A stretch of 64,000 bases of DNA from Tubulanus polymorphus (Eukaryota > Animalia > Nemertea), in the NCBI RefSeq assembly GCF_964204645.1, contig NC_134036.1:3100001-3164000 (forward strand). Reading direction: 5' to 3'. The notes under the pieces were generated by a model. That model was not told the DNA's origin, made no database searches, and saw only the letters and a program-made list of their open reading frames with translations. The position numbers were made by a program, and so were the translations under genes. Shown in pieces: positions 25,425 through 37,200 of the stretch (within the stretch, counting starts at the first letter, position 1; each line of letters opens with the position of its first letter).

Positions 25425-27964
25425 ATTGCAACTCGAAATCATCGGGGCTCATTCGGACAAAATGCTCAGCAGCGCCATCTTGAACTGAGCCCTGAATGAA
25501 AAAAAGCGCCATTCGTAAATCAAACCCGTTTAATGTCGATGGTAAATCGGAATTAGGCGGGTTTGATCATCGATGAAACCTTTCAACTTCTTTCGAAAAA
25601 CCAAAAACCAGATCTACGATATATGGACTTTAGTTGTAACGGTAAAATTTACCTTGTCCTCAAGGTGTTTTAGTAGGTGACACACGCATAATATAATACA
25701 TTATATCAAATCGCGATTATTCTGTTTGACCCCTTTGTCAAAGATTAGTCAATATTTAGGGGCTTTTAAATTTTTATTTCAACTTATCAAGGAAGCATAC
25801 GTACTATAATGGTCTTTGAAACTGATAAATTTTTTTAGATAAGCAGGGTCCGCGGCCAACCTGTCTAATTGTTTATTGCGAAACCATAACAACTCACTAA
25901 GACACAATGAATATTTAATCATCGGCATGAAATCTATTGACATTATGATTATTGCAGTACATTCATGTATCTCTTCTATAGAATTAACCAGGCCACAATT
26001 ATCAGCACTACGCGTGTATATATGTGTGGACTTGTTTGTCACTGTATTCCGTGATAACCTGCTGGTCTGAAGAACAATCTAAATTAGACTTTTGTGTATA
26101 GGACATGTAGAAATATAAGTACAATATGATCATAGTACGTGTAACTTCATTTCGACATAGGCCTATTCATGTGTGAATTGAATTGAATAGATGTGCAGCT
26201 TACATACCTGACCTATGTGACCTGTGATTAGGAACATGTAACATTTTGACATTCGAGTAGGCCTAATTCATGTTCATATGACCCGAGTAGGCTGAAAAAA
26301 ACTTATGTTCATACTTTCCTTGTAAGAAGGCCTTGTGCATTTTGCATGATCTTTGAAAACATAAGAAAGTAAACGTTATTTCATTTTAAATAATAAAGGA
26401 AACGTTTTTGTATGTTATCAAGTAATTACGTTATTTTCTGGCAGATAAGTTGTTCAATTTGAAGGTTAGGTTATAGATAATCAAAGCAATCTTGTCGACG
26501 AACATTTAAGATAATGAAATTCAAAGGAATCAAAGCAATCTTGTCGATGAACATTTTAAAGATAATGAAATTCGAAGGTTAGGTCATTATTGCATAAGTA
26601 CTTGTCTAACATTAGGGCTTTAAGTTTTTTGTACTATTTTTGAATGCTGTGGTTGATTTGTGACGGAGACATATAGCTGGAATACTGATGTACTACATGT
26701 ATAGCACTGTTGTACTATGAGGACAATATAGGGTCAATAAGATGCTAGTATTACTATGCTGCTATAATATATCAATTATGCATCGCGTGAACCGTCACTG
26801 TTTGGGTGGTTTCTATTTCTTTTGTGAAGATCATGTGCCTTGAGTGATTCAGTTAAATAAACTATTATATTATGTCAACATAATTTTATCCGTTTGTCAT
26901 ATTTTTGTGTATACCCCTTAAGTCATTTGTTGGTTGATGAGACGAGAAGATACGCAATATCCGTGTATGATGATAACGAGAGAAATCCCACAATAATGAA
27001 GCCAAAATTGAAAAGTTCTATATCAGAATGATTTTATTTAAGAGCAACGTTTTGACTAATTGCAATAAGCCATCATTAGGCGTACTGACATTTGTTGGTC
27101 GAGTCGCCTCCTAAAGTGCTGGTAGCTCGAAGTCCGACTCCCTTGCAAGGATTGGAACCTTCCTTACCCAAATAAAGCCATCCTCCACAAGAAACCTTTG
27201 ATGGTATCACACGACCCTACCAACCACAGTAGACTGTATGACAATGTTAAGTATTGTTTTATTGGTAGGGTATTCAATATTTGTAGAGCAGAAAGGCATG
27301 GATGTCATACTCCAAGCAAGGCAAGTTAGTACTGTAGAATTCACTTAATTCAGATGGCTGGGGACTGCCAAGATTTTTCTTCACAAATTAAGTAAAATCC
27401 AAATTACGAATAATAGTTTACGTCGGTTAAATGGACCAAATATAGTTCATTCAAATTAAGTGAAAATCCACATTGGAAAATCCGATACAAGTGAGTTCAT
27501 TCTGAACTTTCCACTGAATTCAAAGTTGAATTATATGTATATGTGCAGCTTGTGCACGTAATCTGTAGATAAACCATACCGTTGACATTGGACTGATACC
27601 GCTAGTAAAACTGGAAAAAATTGTTTGAACTTGCCGACCCAATAGCCCTCATACATCCTCAATGTGAGCAGATTCGAAGATTAGGACAACCCAGAACAGA
27701 TTTAAGAAATATATGTTCGGCTTTTATACGGAGGAATTAAAGAATAAATCCTCGCACCTGTGAAGCGTAGATGTGGCAGGTGACATGACGCGACAATTCA
27801 ATCGGCGAAAAATAATGACAACAAAAGCACAATTTCATGTTTTATATATATAAATAATGTTTGTTTATATATTACATTTATTTCTATATGTTGTTTAAGT
27901 ATAAAATAGAGAAAGATAAATGGAATGTTTGAAGATACAACATAATATTCAAGTAAAATGTATC

Positions 27965-28136
27965 CAGGGGCAGATTTAGGGAGGTGCGCGTGGGTCGCCA
28001 ATTAAGTGTCCGTTATTTTTTTCCAAATTGACAAAATTTTTCAATGTTTGTCCTTTCTAATTTTCTAAACATTTACATAAAACATAAGCATTCAGAAAAG
28101 CGCACCCCCTTTTCAATATTCCTGGATCCACCCCTG
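27965..28136. mobile_element. MITE CAGGGGCRGAT...ATCCRCCCCTG with apparent 5-bp TSD GTATC
   Basis: TIRs plus flanking GTATC at 27960-27964 and 28137-28141. Relatives at ~10241 and ~59693. Confidence 0.7.
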
Positions 28137-28447
28137 GTATCCGATAATAGAAACTTAATATTATTAGCTTTATTCATTGAATTATGATTTTAATTTCATT
28201 TTCCTACATTTAGATAAAATAATAAGATATTAATTTTTCAATTTGTATAAAATCATTAAGGCCTATATATTTACAGGTAATGTATAAAATGAAGTTTTAC
28301 ATTGTATTATTGTACATCGCGCGCGCGTGTTAGGAAATAATTTACATCAAATCTGTATAAAATCACATCATTTTCTTTTCACCTAATTCTAAAAAATATT
28401 TGTGGATGTAAAAATTTATATTAAATCAGGTAAAATTATTCAACTAC

Positions 28448-28565
28448 CATGGCTGTATTTAGCGAGGTGCCCTATTTTTGCAAATATTAATTCATATCCT
28501 ATGGAACGACCCTTTTTCGGGTTACCCTGCCCCCCAAAAAAATTCAAACGCTAGTTACGGCCCTG
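28448..28565. mobile_element. MITE with apparent 5-bp TSD ACTAC
   Basis: catggctgtatttagcg...cgctagttacggccctg flanked by ACTAC at 28443-28447 and 28566-28570. Confidence 0.6.
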
Positions 28566-30016
28566 ACTACAATCTATGAAAGTACATAATACAACTATGT
28601 ACATGTATATTCTATGCAGGCATATGTGCCTGTCTAGAATTACTTGAGGTCGATCACTTAATGGACATTTCTTTTTAATTGAATTCAAATCAGAGCGTTT
28701 AAATTAAAATCATTATCATATTTCAAACACGACTCATGTGAATTAGATTAAAATCCAGGGTGAAAAAATAGGACATGATTTCTAAATCTCAACCAGGCAA
28801 ATGAAATTAAGATGGGTGGGAAATACTGACCTGATCTAGGCGCCATCTGGTGTTAATGTATGACGATGGCGATAAGAAAATCAAAATTTTCTCTGCAATG
28901 AATACGAGTCATTGAACGAGAAATATAGGTGTAACTGTTATATTACATGAGACACATATTAGTCACGTACTGGAGAATACTGCAGTGTTTAAAGCTGATC
29001 GTTATACATGGACACATCAGTGATTAAACAGAGAATGTGCTCGACTAAGAGAACTTTAGACATATATAGCAAAGATCAATAATACTGTCTAATCTAGTAT
29101 GTGATGAAAGCTAAAGTATACTTTGTAATAAGTGTACACTTAGTGTATACTGATATACCGAGTAAAGACTTAATTGTATCCTTCGCATTTTAATTTGTAG
29201 CAAAACAGTAGTTCTTTAACTTAATTGTAAAAGAGCATACCAAAGTAAAATGATGGCCAAACTGTAACAGTCATAGGAGAAATTGACTGCATCTATGAAG
29301 CACCTGAAGATATTTCAATTTTATTTCAAAAACTTGAAATGTTGAATCAAGTTTAGAAGCTTATTAATGTAATGGGGAACCCGCAACATCGTCTATTCCA
29401 CCAGATGGCAAGAACTTGGACGGTCTTACGTTGTTCAAAAGTACTTCACTTTCAATGAACTGAACTGAATTTTTTAGACTCCCGAATCCATATATTTTCA
29501 CAGGACCTGCCACATGAACAATTAATTCATTTTTCTACTCGGATATTGGAATAGCTTTCATTAATGATTCATTCAGATTAATTGAAATGTAGAAGAAATC
29601 GAAGGCCGAGTTAACATAGCGACCCTACTAGATACTCTCCTACCGTGAGTAAAATGCTCGATTGCCGCAGGAGGTTAGGTTCCCGATTAGTTTCAGCGGA
29701 AGTAGGCATCAATCTAGATTTAAATCTACGATGATTTGATGGCTCGGGTAATTAATTGGACGGTTATGAGATTGAATGAAGAGGATGGAAAACATTGCGT
29801 GGACGTTTTAATTAAACAATGATCCTGAAATCGAAATTTACCAAAATGTATCATCTGCGTCGAAATTGTTCGCGCTTAAGAATGCAGTTAAAATCCGTTG
29901 ATCCCAAAAATTTTTGAATGTTTTTTTTTCTTTGATCCGAATTTATGAATGTTTATCTGGTTGATGATCGGAGACACAATCCCTGATTCCTGATAAATGA
30001 AAACGCGCTTCCGATC

Positions 30017-32840
30017 CTAGGACGAGAATCTCAACGACACGAATACGGTCGACGCTACAGCGAGGACGACAGCGGCTGCGATCCGGGATCGAGTCCGGAT
30101 CGAGTCGCCGCCGTTGCAATAATGACCCCAACAACACGAGTAATGATTTAACCAGTAACCGTTGACTTCCTTCGGCGGTTCGCACGACACAGCACATCGA
30201 CGAATCACGTGAAGGTCGTCACCACGTTGGAATACTTCTTTCTGCGAAACAAGAAAATAAAAAAACGCGAATTGTAGTTTTCTTTTTTTATAAAAAAAAA
30301 TCTGTGCCGTGTTACGATATGTTGTGTGAGCATAGTATATGTGCAGATTGAGAGTAGGGTCTACGAGGGTTTATAAGTGAGGGTATAATCTATAGTATAC
30401 AGTGTTATGGGTTCAGTATTTAAGGTATAGAATGGAACCTTGTCATAACAACCTCAGATATAACGATCTATTCCTAGAACCATTTTAATATAAGGAATTC
30501 CATACTGAATATAATGAACCTCTTAGTTTGCTGTAACAAGGATCCACTGTATTAGTCTATACTATTAGCATATACTTTACGAAATAGATAACTTTAAAAT
30601 GCTTATAAAGCACGATATATATTGCGGTGCTCGCTACGGGGTCGGGTTTCGTTCTTGTATGAAACAGCTGGTTCGTAAAGCGTGATAAATGACTCGGTAG
30701 AACGCATTAAAAAAGCAACAGATTTTTCAATGAATTTTCTCGTTGAATTCGTTACACCTGCAGCTGATGTTTACGGATTGAACAGGAACAAGAATTGTAA
30801 TCGGTCTAAAAGTGATTTCTACAACAAGTGTCGCATCTGATTGAGAACAATTTTGTGAATAAATAAATGCATGTTTCGGGTTTTTGTATGATACACGCTT
30901 TTATTTGAGAATTTTGGGTATGAAAGTGTTATCTTAATACCAATCTGAGTAAGTGTAGAAGCAGGCTATCAGGTGTCAAAGTGCTGATAAACGATGTGGC
31001 CTTCAGTGTATTGAGGTGTGTATTAGAAAACGTTTTGCTGTATCTGTTAGTTTTTTGTTTTTCTTTTTTCATTACCTCTACCACCACGTCTGAGTGTGGA
31101 TTTTAATTGTTAGTAGGAATTTTAACAAACAAACTGGTTAGTCTTTAACGGTAAAAAAAGAACTGAAGCCTCCATAAATCACTCTAGACGACATCATATC
31201 AAGAATATTGGGCAGGCGAAGATAATCAGCCTGAATTACCGAACCAAAAATGTAGTGTCCACAAAACGACCATCCATTTCTGCGCGCCACTGACTTACTC
31301 TAGACAAAGTGTCGCCACCTGTTTCAATTCAAGTCAGACTTACCTACAACGTGATATTACGAGAAAAAGAAACAAGTGGTCAGGCAGCATTATCCACATT
31401 CCCTGAGATTTCCAGGTTTTGCCAAAATTTGTAAAAATTTGTTTTCCAGGTCAGTGGCGCAACCCAGCTACATGCGAAAGTAACAAAAACCGTTGATGAT
31501 GATGTCATAGGGGGATTTATGAAGACAGGCAGCGCACCACCCTCCGTTTGGAGGGGATGTTTGAACTTACAACGCAGACCGTGCCGACGACATTTTGCAC
31601 GTCTTCCTCGCTGCAGGTCGGTAGTTGAGTCGGCGTAAACGGATCCAGACAACGTTTCATGTTTATACGACTCTGGAAGTAACCGGGACTGAGCTCCGGT
31701 AACAACGCATTCTCCGACACGCTTTCATCGCCGACGCATGTGTAACAATGCCAGCCGTTAACAACTGAAATTTGATAAATAAAACGCACATCGGTTACTC
31801 ATCAATATAGATCGAGACTTGTTATCGTTGCCCCAGCCCTAAGCTTGCGTTTACTGGACTCAGGTTTAGCAGAATCATGATCATATGTTTGCAACAAGCT
31901 CAACAATGATGACCAATTGAACACTAACGATGAGTAGAGGTTACTAATTAGTATCTCGTTAGTAACCTGCGTATATTTCATTTTCATTATTGGATATAAA
32001 TCACTGACATTCACAAACCGTCTGAGGATAAGCCTGACTGATTATAAAAGCTTACGACCAACTACCTGACTAACTTAGGTGACAAGATTATCGACAGGAC
32101 AGTTTCTTTAAAAGAAGTTCTCAATTCTCAATAAAATAATTCTCTAGTCAATTTCAATTGTTTAAATTATTCAGTTCATCATAAATAAATTTAGGAATTG
32201 GGCCTAATCGTTTTTATGACACTTAGTCACAAGGTTCTATAGGCCCAAATATAAATTTCCGAAATGTAGAAAGATATATCGGAAAAACTCCTAATATCTT
32301 ACCAATCTGTAGGGAAGATTAACATGCCATCCCCGGAACCATAAGGTATCCATATAAAATAAACAAGGGCCAGGGATCTCACTTTCAATGATTAATTCAG
32401 ATAGGCCTATACTATCTGACTATGAGTCACTAAATTAAATTGATGACTTGATTCTGTCACAACTTCTCAAAATCTGGCCCCGCCCTTTTGTTTGTTGTTA
32501 AGCCACACGATCATCTTGTTCCCATTTACACATTAAACACCTTTCTTTTCCACCCTCCCCGCTTCGTTTCGTAATTTTCGACCCCTTATGCTTGTGCTCC
32601 CACAATAAATATACCGAATTGAATTGACCTAAATCTCAACGATTCAATTTCAAAATCTCACTTTCGATCTCATTACCGACGGAATAAAGGTGAAAAACGT
32701 ATCGTATTTCGCGCCGATAGACGCAGAGTTTCATTGTTTTATGTTTAAGGGTATGAATCGATAGGCTTACCGAGCAATAAGGCTGCAAAAACGGCCGAAA
32801 TCAAATGGAATTTCGATGATGATATCATGGGCGCCGCCAT
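30017..32840 (-). CDS. Ly6/uPAR (three-finger) domain GPI-anchored protein, 162 aa (quiver/sleepless-like class)
   Basis: Exons 32771-32840 (signal peptide), 31571-31764 and 30017-30241. Ten Cys in LU pattern: CYTC...C...C...C...C..C...CCWGHYCN. Followed by a small-residue omega region and a hydrophobic C-terminal tail. Confidence 0.85.
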
Positions 32841-34282
32841 CTTGTTTCTCTCTAGTCCCACCTATCTCCAGCAACCTATTTACTCAAAAAGGCCAACAAA
32901 GGAAATTTAGGCGTTTCACACTAAAATTAAAAAATTCTATATTCGAAACCAGCCTAGGCACCCGATACCTAATTTTCTAAGGGTACCTAAAATGCCCAAG
33001 TTAAGGTGAAGAACATTTTTGATAAATTACTTTCTCTTGTCTTCAACTTCACAAAGTTACTGGGTTTAAGATTGAAACAGTGTCACTATTTGCACTGAAA
33101 TGGGAAATTTCCGCTAAAGTTGACTTATGCAAAACACAATTAATTCATTCATAGTCGCAGGAACCGAGGAAGGCGATAATAAGCTAATTCTTTAATTTCT
33201 CCAAGCTTATTTTTGTTTCTATTTTCATTTCTTAACTTTTAACTTATTTTCAATTTCTCTTCATTACATATATAGGGGTTACAGGCCAGAAAGAATTATT
33301 CCGTTTAGGAGTTCTTCAGAAACTAATAAGGCCAAAGAACAAAATGCCAAGTCTTTCTATCGCGAGAAGAACACTGGTGATTTGAAGATAGAAATAGAAT
33401 CTAGATAATTTCAAATGTCAAATTTAAGAAACGTGAAAATTGTTTCCAATTCAAAATTTGAAAGAAAAGGTATTTATGGGAATATTTTTTTTCGGTGATG
33501 TATCGACACTATTCTCGCTTGCGCGATTACGGCTCAATCTCTCAAGGTCGTTGAGCCAATATTTACTGGCCCTAAAAATTGTATCACGTAGACCAAATGT
33601 AATGCCTTATTTAAGCTTTGATTGACGTTTTAGTATTTCGTAAGTAAATGTGCATGTAATTTACGAGTTTTGTAGAATTGAGTTACACAGAAAATTAGAT
33701 TTGAGTGGAGGGGAACTTCACAAGTTCAGTGGTCGCTGCACACGCAGGCCAGAATGAGAAGAACAGTCTGGTTAGTACCCTCTCACTTATCCGAATTGTT
33801 TGTGTAGGAGCTGCGGTCCTGGTGGATTTATTCGCCACAGGGTTCAACTAGGTACTCGTAGCAAAATACACTCCAGAAAATGACTGCAAAACAACAATGC
33901 AGTTTTCTCCGCCTGAGGCGCGCTTAATCTCATCTGGGGCCCCCTTCCGAGGCCTTCCTTCTGCATCAACTTTCCAATATTTTGCCCTTTTTTGATAGAA
34001 TGCCTTTAGAACAATTGGGCACTCAAAATTTCCTAGCCAAGGTCCTACCGAGAAATCTTTGAAAAACCCCCTCATTGCCCAAATAATTATTGGCTTACGG
34101 TTTGTTTTTTTTCGAATTTCAGTAGTGTGGTTTGATTGTAGTAGGTGTTTTTAACAAGGATGAAATCAAAAGATCGATGCAGAATTCAACCGTGTTGCGT
34201 TCAGCTGACCAGAGACTCGAATCTCGACAATCTCGCGATTTCACTCATTCGCAAACAAAATCGCAAACAAAAGGGTACGAAA

Positions 34283-37200
34283 ATGATGAATTCGGCTGGT
34301 AACCAGCTACTGGGCCCAGTTTCACGAACAAGGGTTTAGGCCAAACTCAAATTTTTGGTGTAATTGCTATTGGTTACTTCATGTTTTCGATGAGGACAAC
34401 AATTCAAACTTAACCGTTTTAGGCTTAAACTTTCTCATGAAACTGGACCCAGCCCGCAATCATCAAAATCAAACCATTCATAGTCCATCATTTCTGAAAT
34501 CGCTGTTTTTTTTTGCAGGTGATGCGAGTAAGAAAAATGGAAACGGCGATCAATATCTAGACGAAGATATAAGTTTTGGTACGTGGCGAATTTCGTTTTT
34601 TAACATTGATTCTTAGGCAGGTTTCCATTGGTCTCTATCGATTCTGAAATCTTTTCTCCCATATTTTGATTTCGAACAGAATAGGCTCTACCTATTCCGG
34701 AGAGGAATAATCTGTAAATCCGAAAGGAGCGGCTGGTTAAGAGTTTGTAATCCAGATTTGCTTATTCCTAAACCAGGATTTATTTAGGGCCTAATCAAAA
34801 CCAGTCTTAATGTCCCACATATACGCCTGAAGCTGCCCCACACATAGACCTTGAATTGCCCAATACCTACACCCGGAGCTGTTCCACGCATACACATGGA
34901 GCCACCCAATACAAACACCTGAAGCTGCCAATGATACAAATACCTGGAGCCACCCAATACAAACTGTGCTGTCCCTCACATGCACCCGGAACTATCCCAT
35001 GCAGACACCCAAAGCTGTCCCAACTGTTCCTGAGATCAAATCAGTCAAAAATTGTTTATTTTAGTTATAATCTTTTCCCTATAGGTGGCACTGATGTAAA
35101 TAATGATGATGATGACGGAGATGATGAGTACGATCCGTCTGCCGACGTCGAAGACAGCGATGACGAGGAAATCCACACGTTCGAAACGAACAAACAAGTC
35201 AAGAATTATCGCCAAAAAACTCTCGTCACCGCGACGACGACTAAAAAGAAAAACTCTCGCTCGAACAATCGTCAACGGCGACGATCACCGCGACATCAGC
35301 GACAACGACGCGCAAGTTTACGGTCGTCGGCGAAATCGGACGATTTGACGTCGACTTCGGAGGATGACGACGAGTTGGAATATTCCGGCGCCGGGGACGA
35401 CGACGATGATTCGTTATCTTCTATGACGAGCATCGATTTGGACGACTTCGCGAAGAATTCATTACTCGGTATTGTCGATGAATCGCAGATCGGTAAAACG
35501 GCGTCGTTGGAACAATTCGTTGCTTCGTGGACCCCGAAAATCGAAGCGCAAACCGGAAAACCGAAATCGCGATGTAGACAAAGAAGCCGATCGCGACGGA
35601 AAACGCCCCCGCAACAATCGCAGGAACAATCGGGATGTGTCGCCGCGATGACGACCGCGCGACGTAAATCGTTGACCGACGTCACCGAAGTTTTAGGCGA
35701 ATTATGCGGCGAATTCAGTAGCTCAGATAGTTCGGTGGTCGAAGTGGCACGAATCGACCACCAGCCGGTCAAACCGGGCAATACTAAACAGACGTTAGAA
35801 TGGACATCGAGCGGCGTAGGGGACGACGTCATTCATCGAAATATTTGGGACGATATTTCGAAATATTCGATTGCGTCGTCGACGCGATCCCGAAAGCCGC
35901 GGTCGTCGAGACGGAGTCCACGTTCGAAAAGTTTCGAGGATCATAGAGTTAAACCGGTTAGAATGGCTCCCCCTAGACGGCGGTCTTTACCGGGCGGTGC
36001 CGTAGCGTCTACGAGGAGCCGATCTAGTCCGCGGTTGATGGCTGCCGCAGCCGTCGCTACGAACGTACGTGAAAAACGGTCGAAAAAGACGATTGAATCA
36101 AAAACGCAAATCGAAAATAGAAAAGTTAAGAATTCTACGACCGAGGAGACCACTACGTCTACCCCGACGAGCGAGATTACCCTCTATAGCGACGACATAT
36201 CGAAATCTTCACTTACCGACGAAATACAACCGAAAAAGGAAAATGTCATATTGGGAGTTTTTCCTGGGTCTGCTCCTCAAGAGGAGCATTCACCTTCGAG
36301 CGAGATTTTACCGAGCGGCGGGGACAACGTGTCAAAGACTTTGCTAGCGGATGATAGCGATGATTTGCGGGTTTTTAGACCATTGATGCTTCCTGAAAAT
36401 GAGGAGGATGAGGTGGACAATGATGGGGAAATTCTGTTCCTCGACGACAAGTCAGGAGTTTTTTCGAAAAAGAAACCCGGAGACGTCGACGATTACGATG
36501 AAAGTAGTGCCACCTCGGTGGAAGTTGTTAAATTAGAAAAAGAAGGCGATGCGGTTTCGGTCGATGATTCGAACGCTTCGGATGAAGGATTAGAAAATTT
36601 GGGGAAACTGTCTTCGAAAATTTCCGCGTCGAAAAAGTTTGAGGATGAGTTTGACGGCAAGAAAACAATTTTCCTCTCAAGTGGCGATACGCGCGTTAAC
36701 CAATCACAGGGTATTAAACATTCTGGCAGCAGCCAATCGGATCATGTTACATGCGAATCCAACCAATCATCGTCTCCGAAAGATGCGGCTATTCTTCCAG
36801 CTGTACAATCGCAGGATATGATTGGCCGGAATGATGACAAGTCTAGCCAATCATCACCTCAGTTGGAATCTAAATCTCAATCACGGCACGCGAATGAAAT
36901 TCAGGATGGAACGTCTGACCAATTACAGTGCTCAATTGACAGTTCTGACCAATCGCAGAAGAAGGATCCAATATCAGACCAATCACAACGCACAAATGAA
37001 TCTGAGAAATCGCTGAATGAAACATTTGACCAATCACTGTGCTCAATTGACAAATCTGACCAATCATTGACCTCCAACCATAAAACTGACCAATCAGAAA
37101 GTTTGGACATTGAAACCAGCCAAACAGAGGAATCTATTCATAAATCTAATCAATTGCAGCAAAGTGTGGTCTGTGAATCTGGTCAATCGCAGAAACCGGT

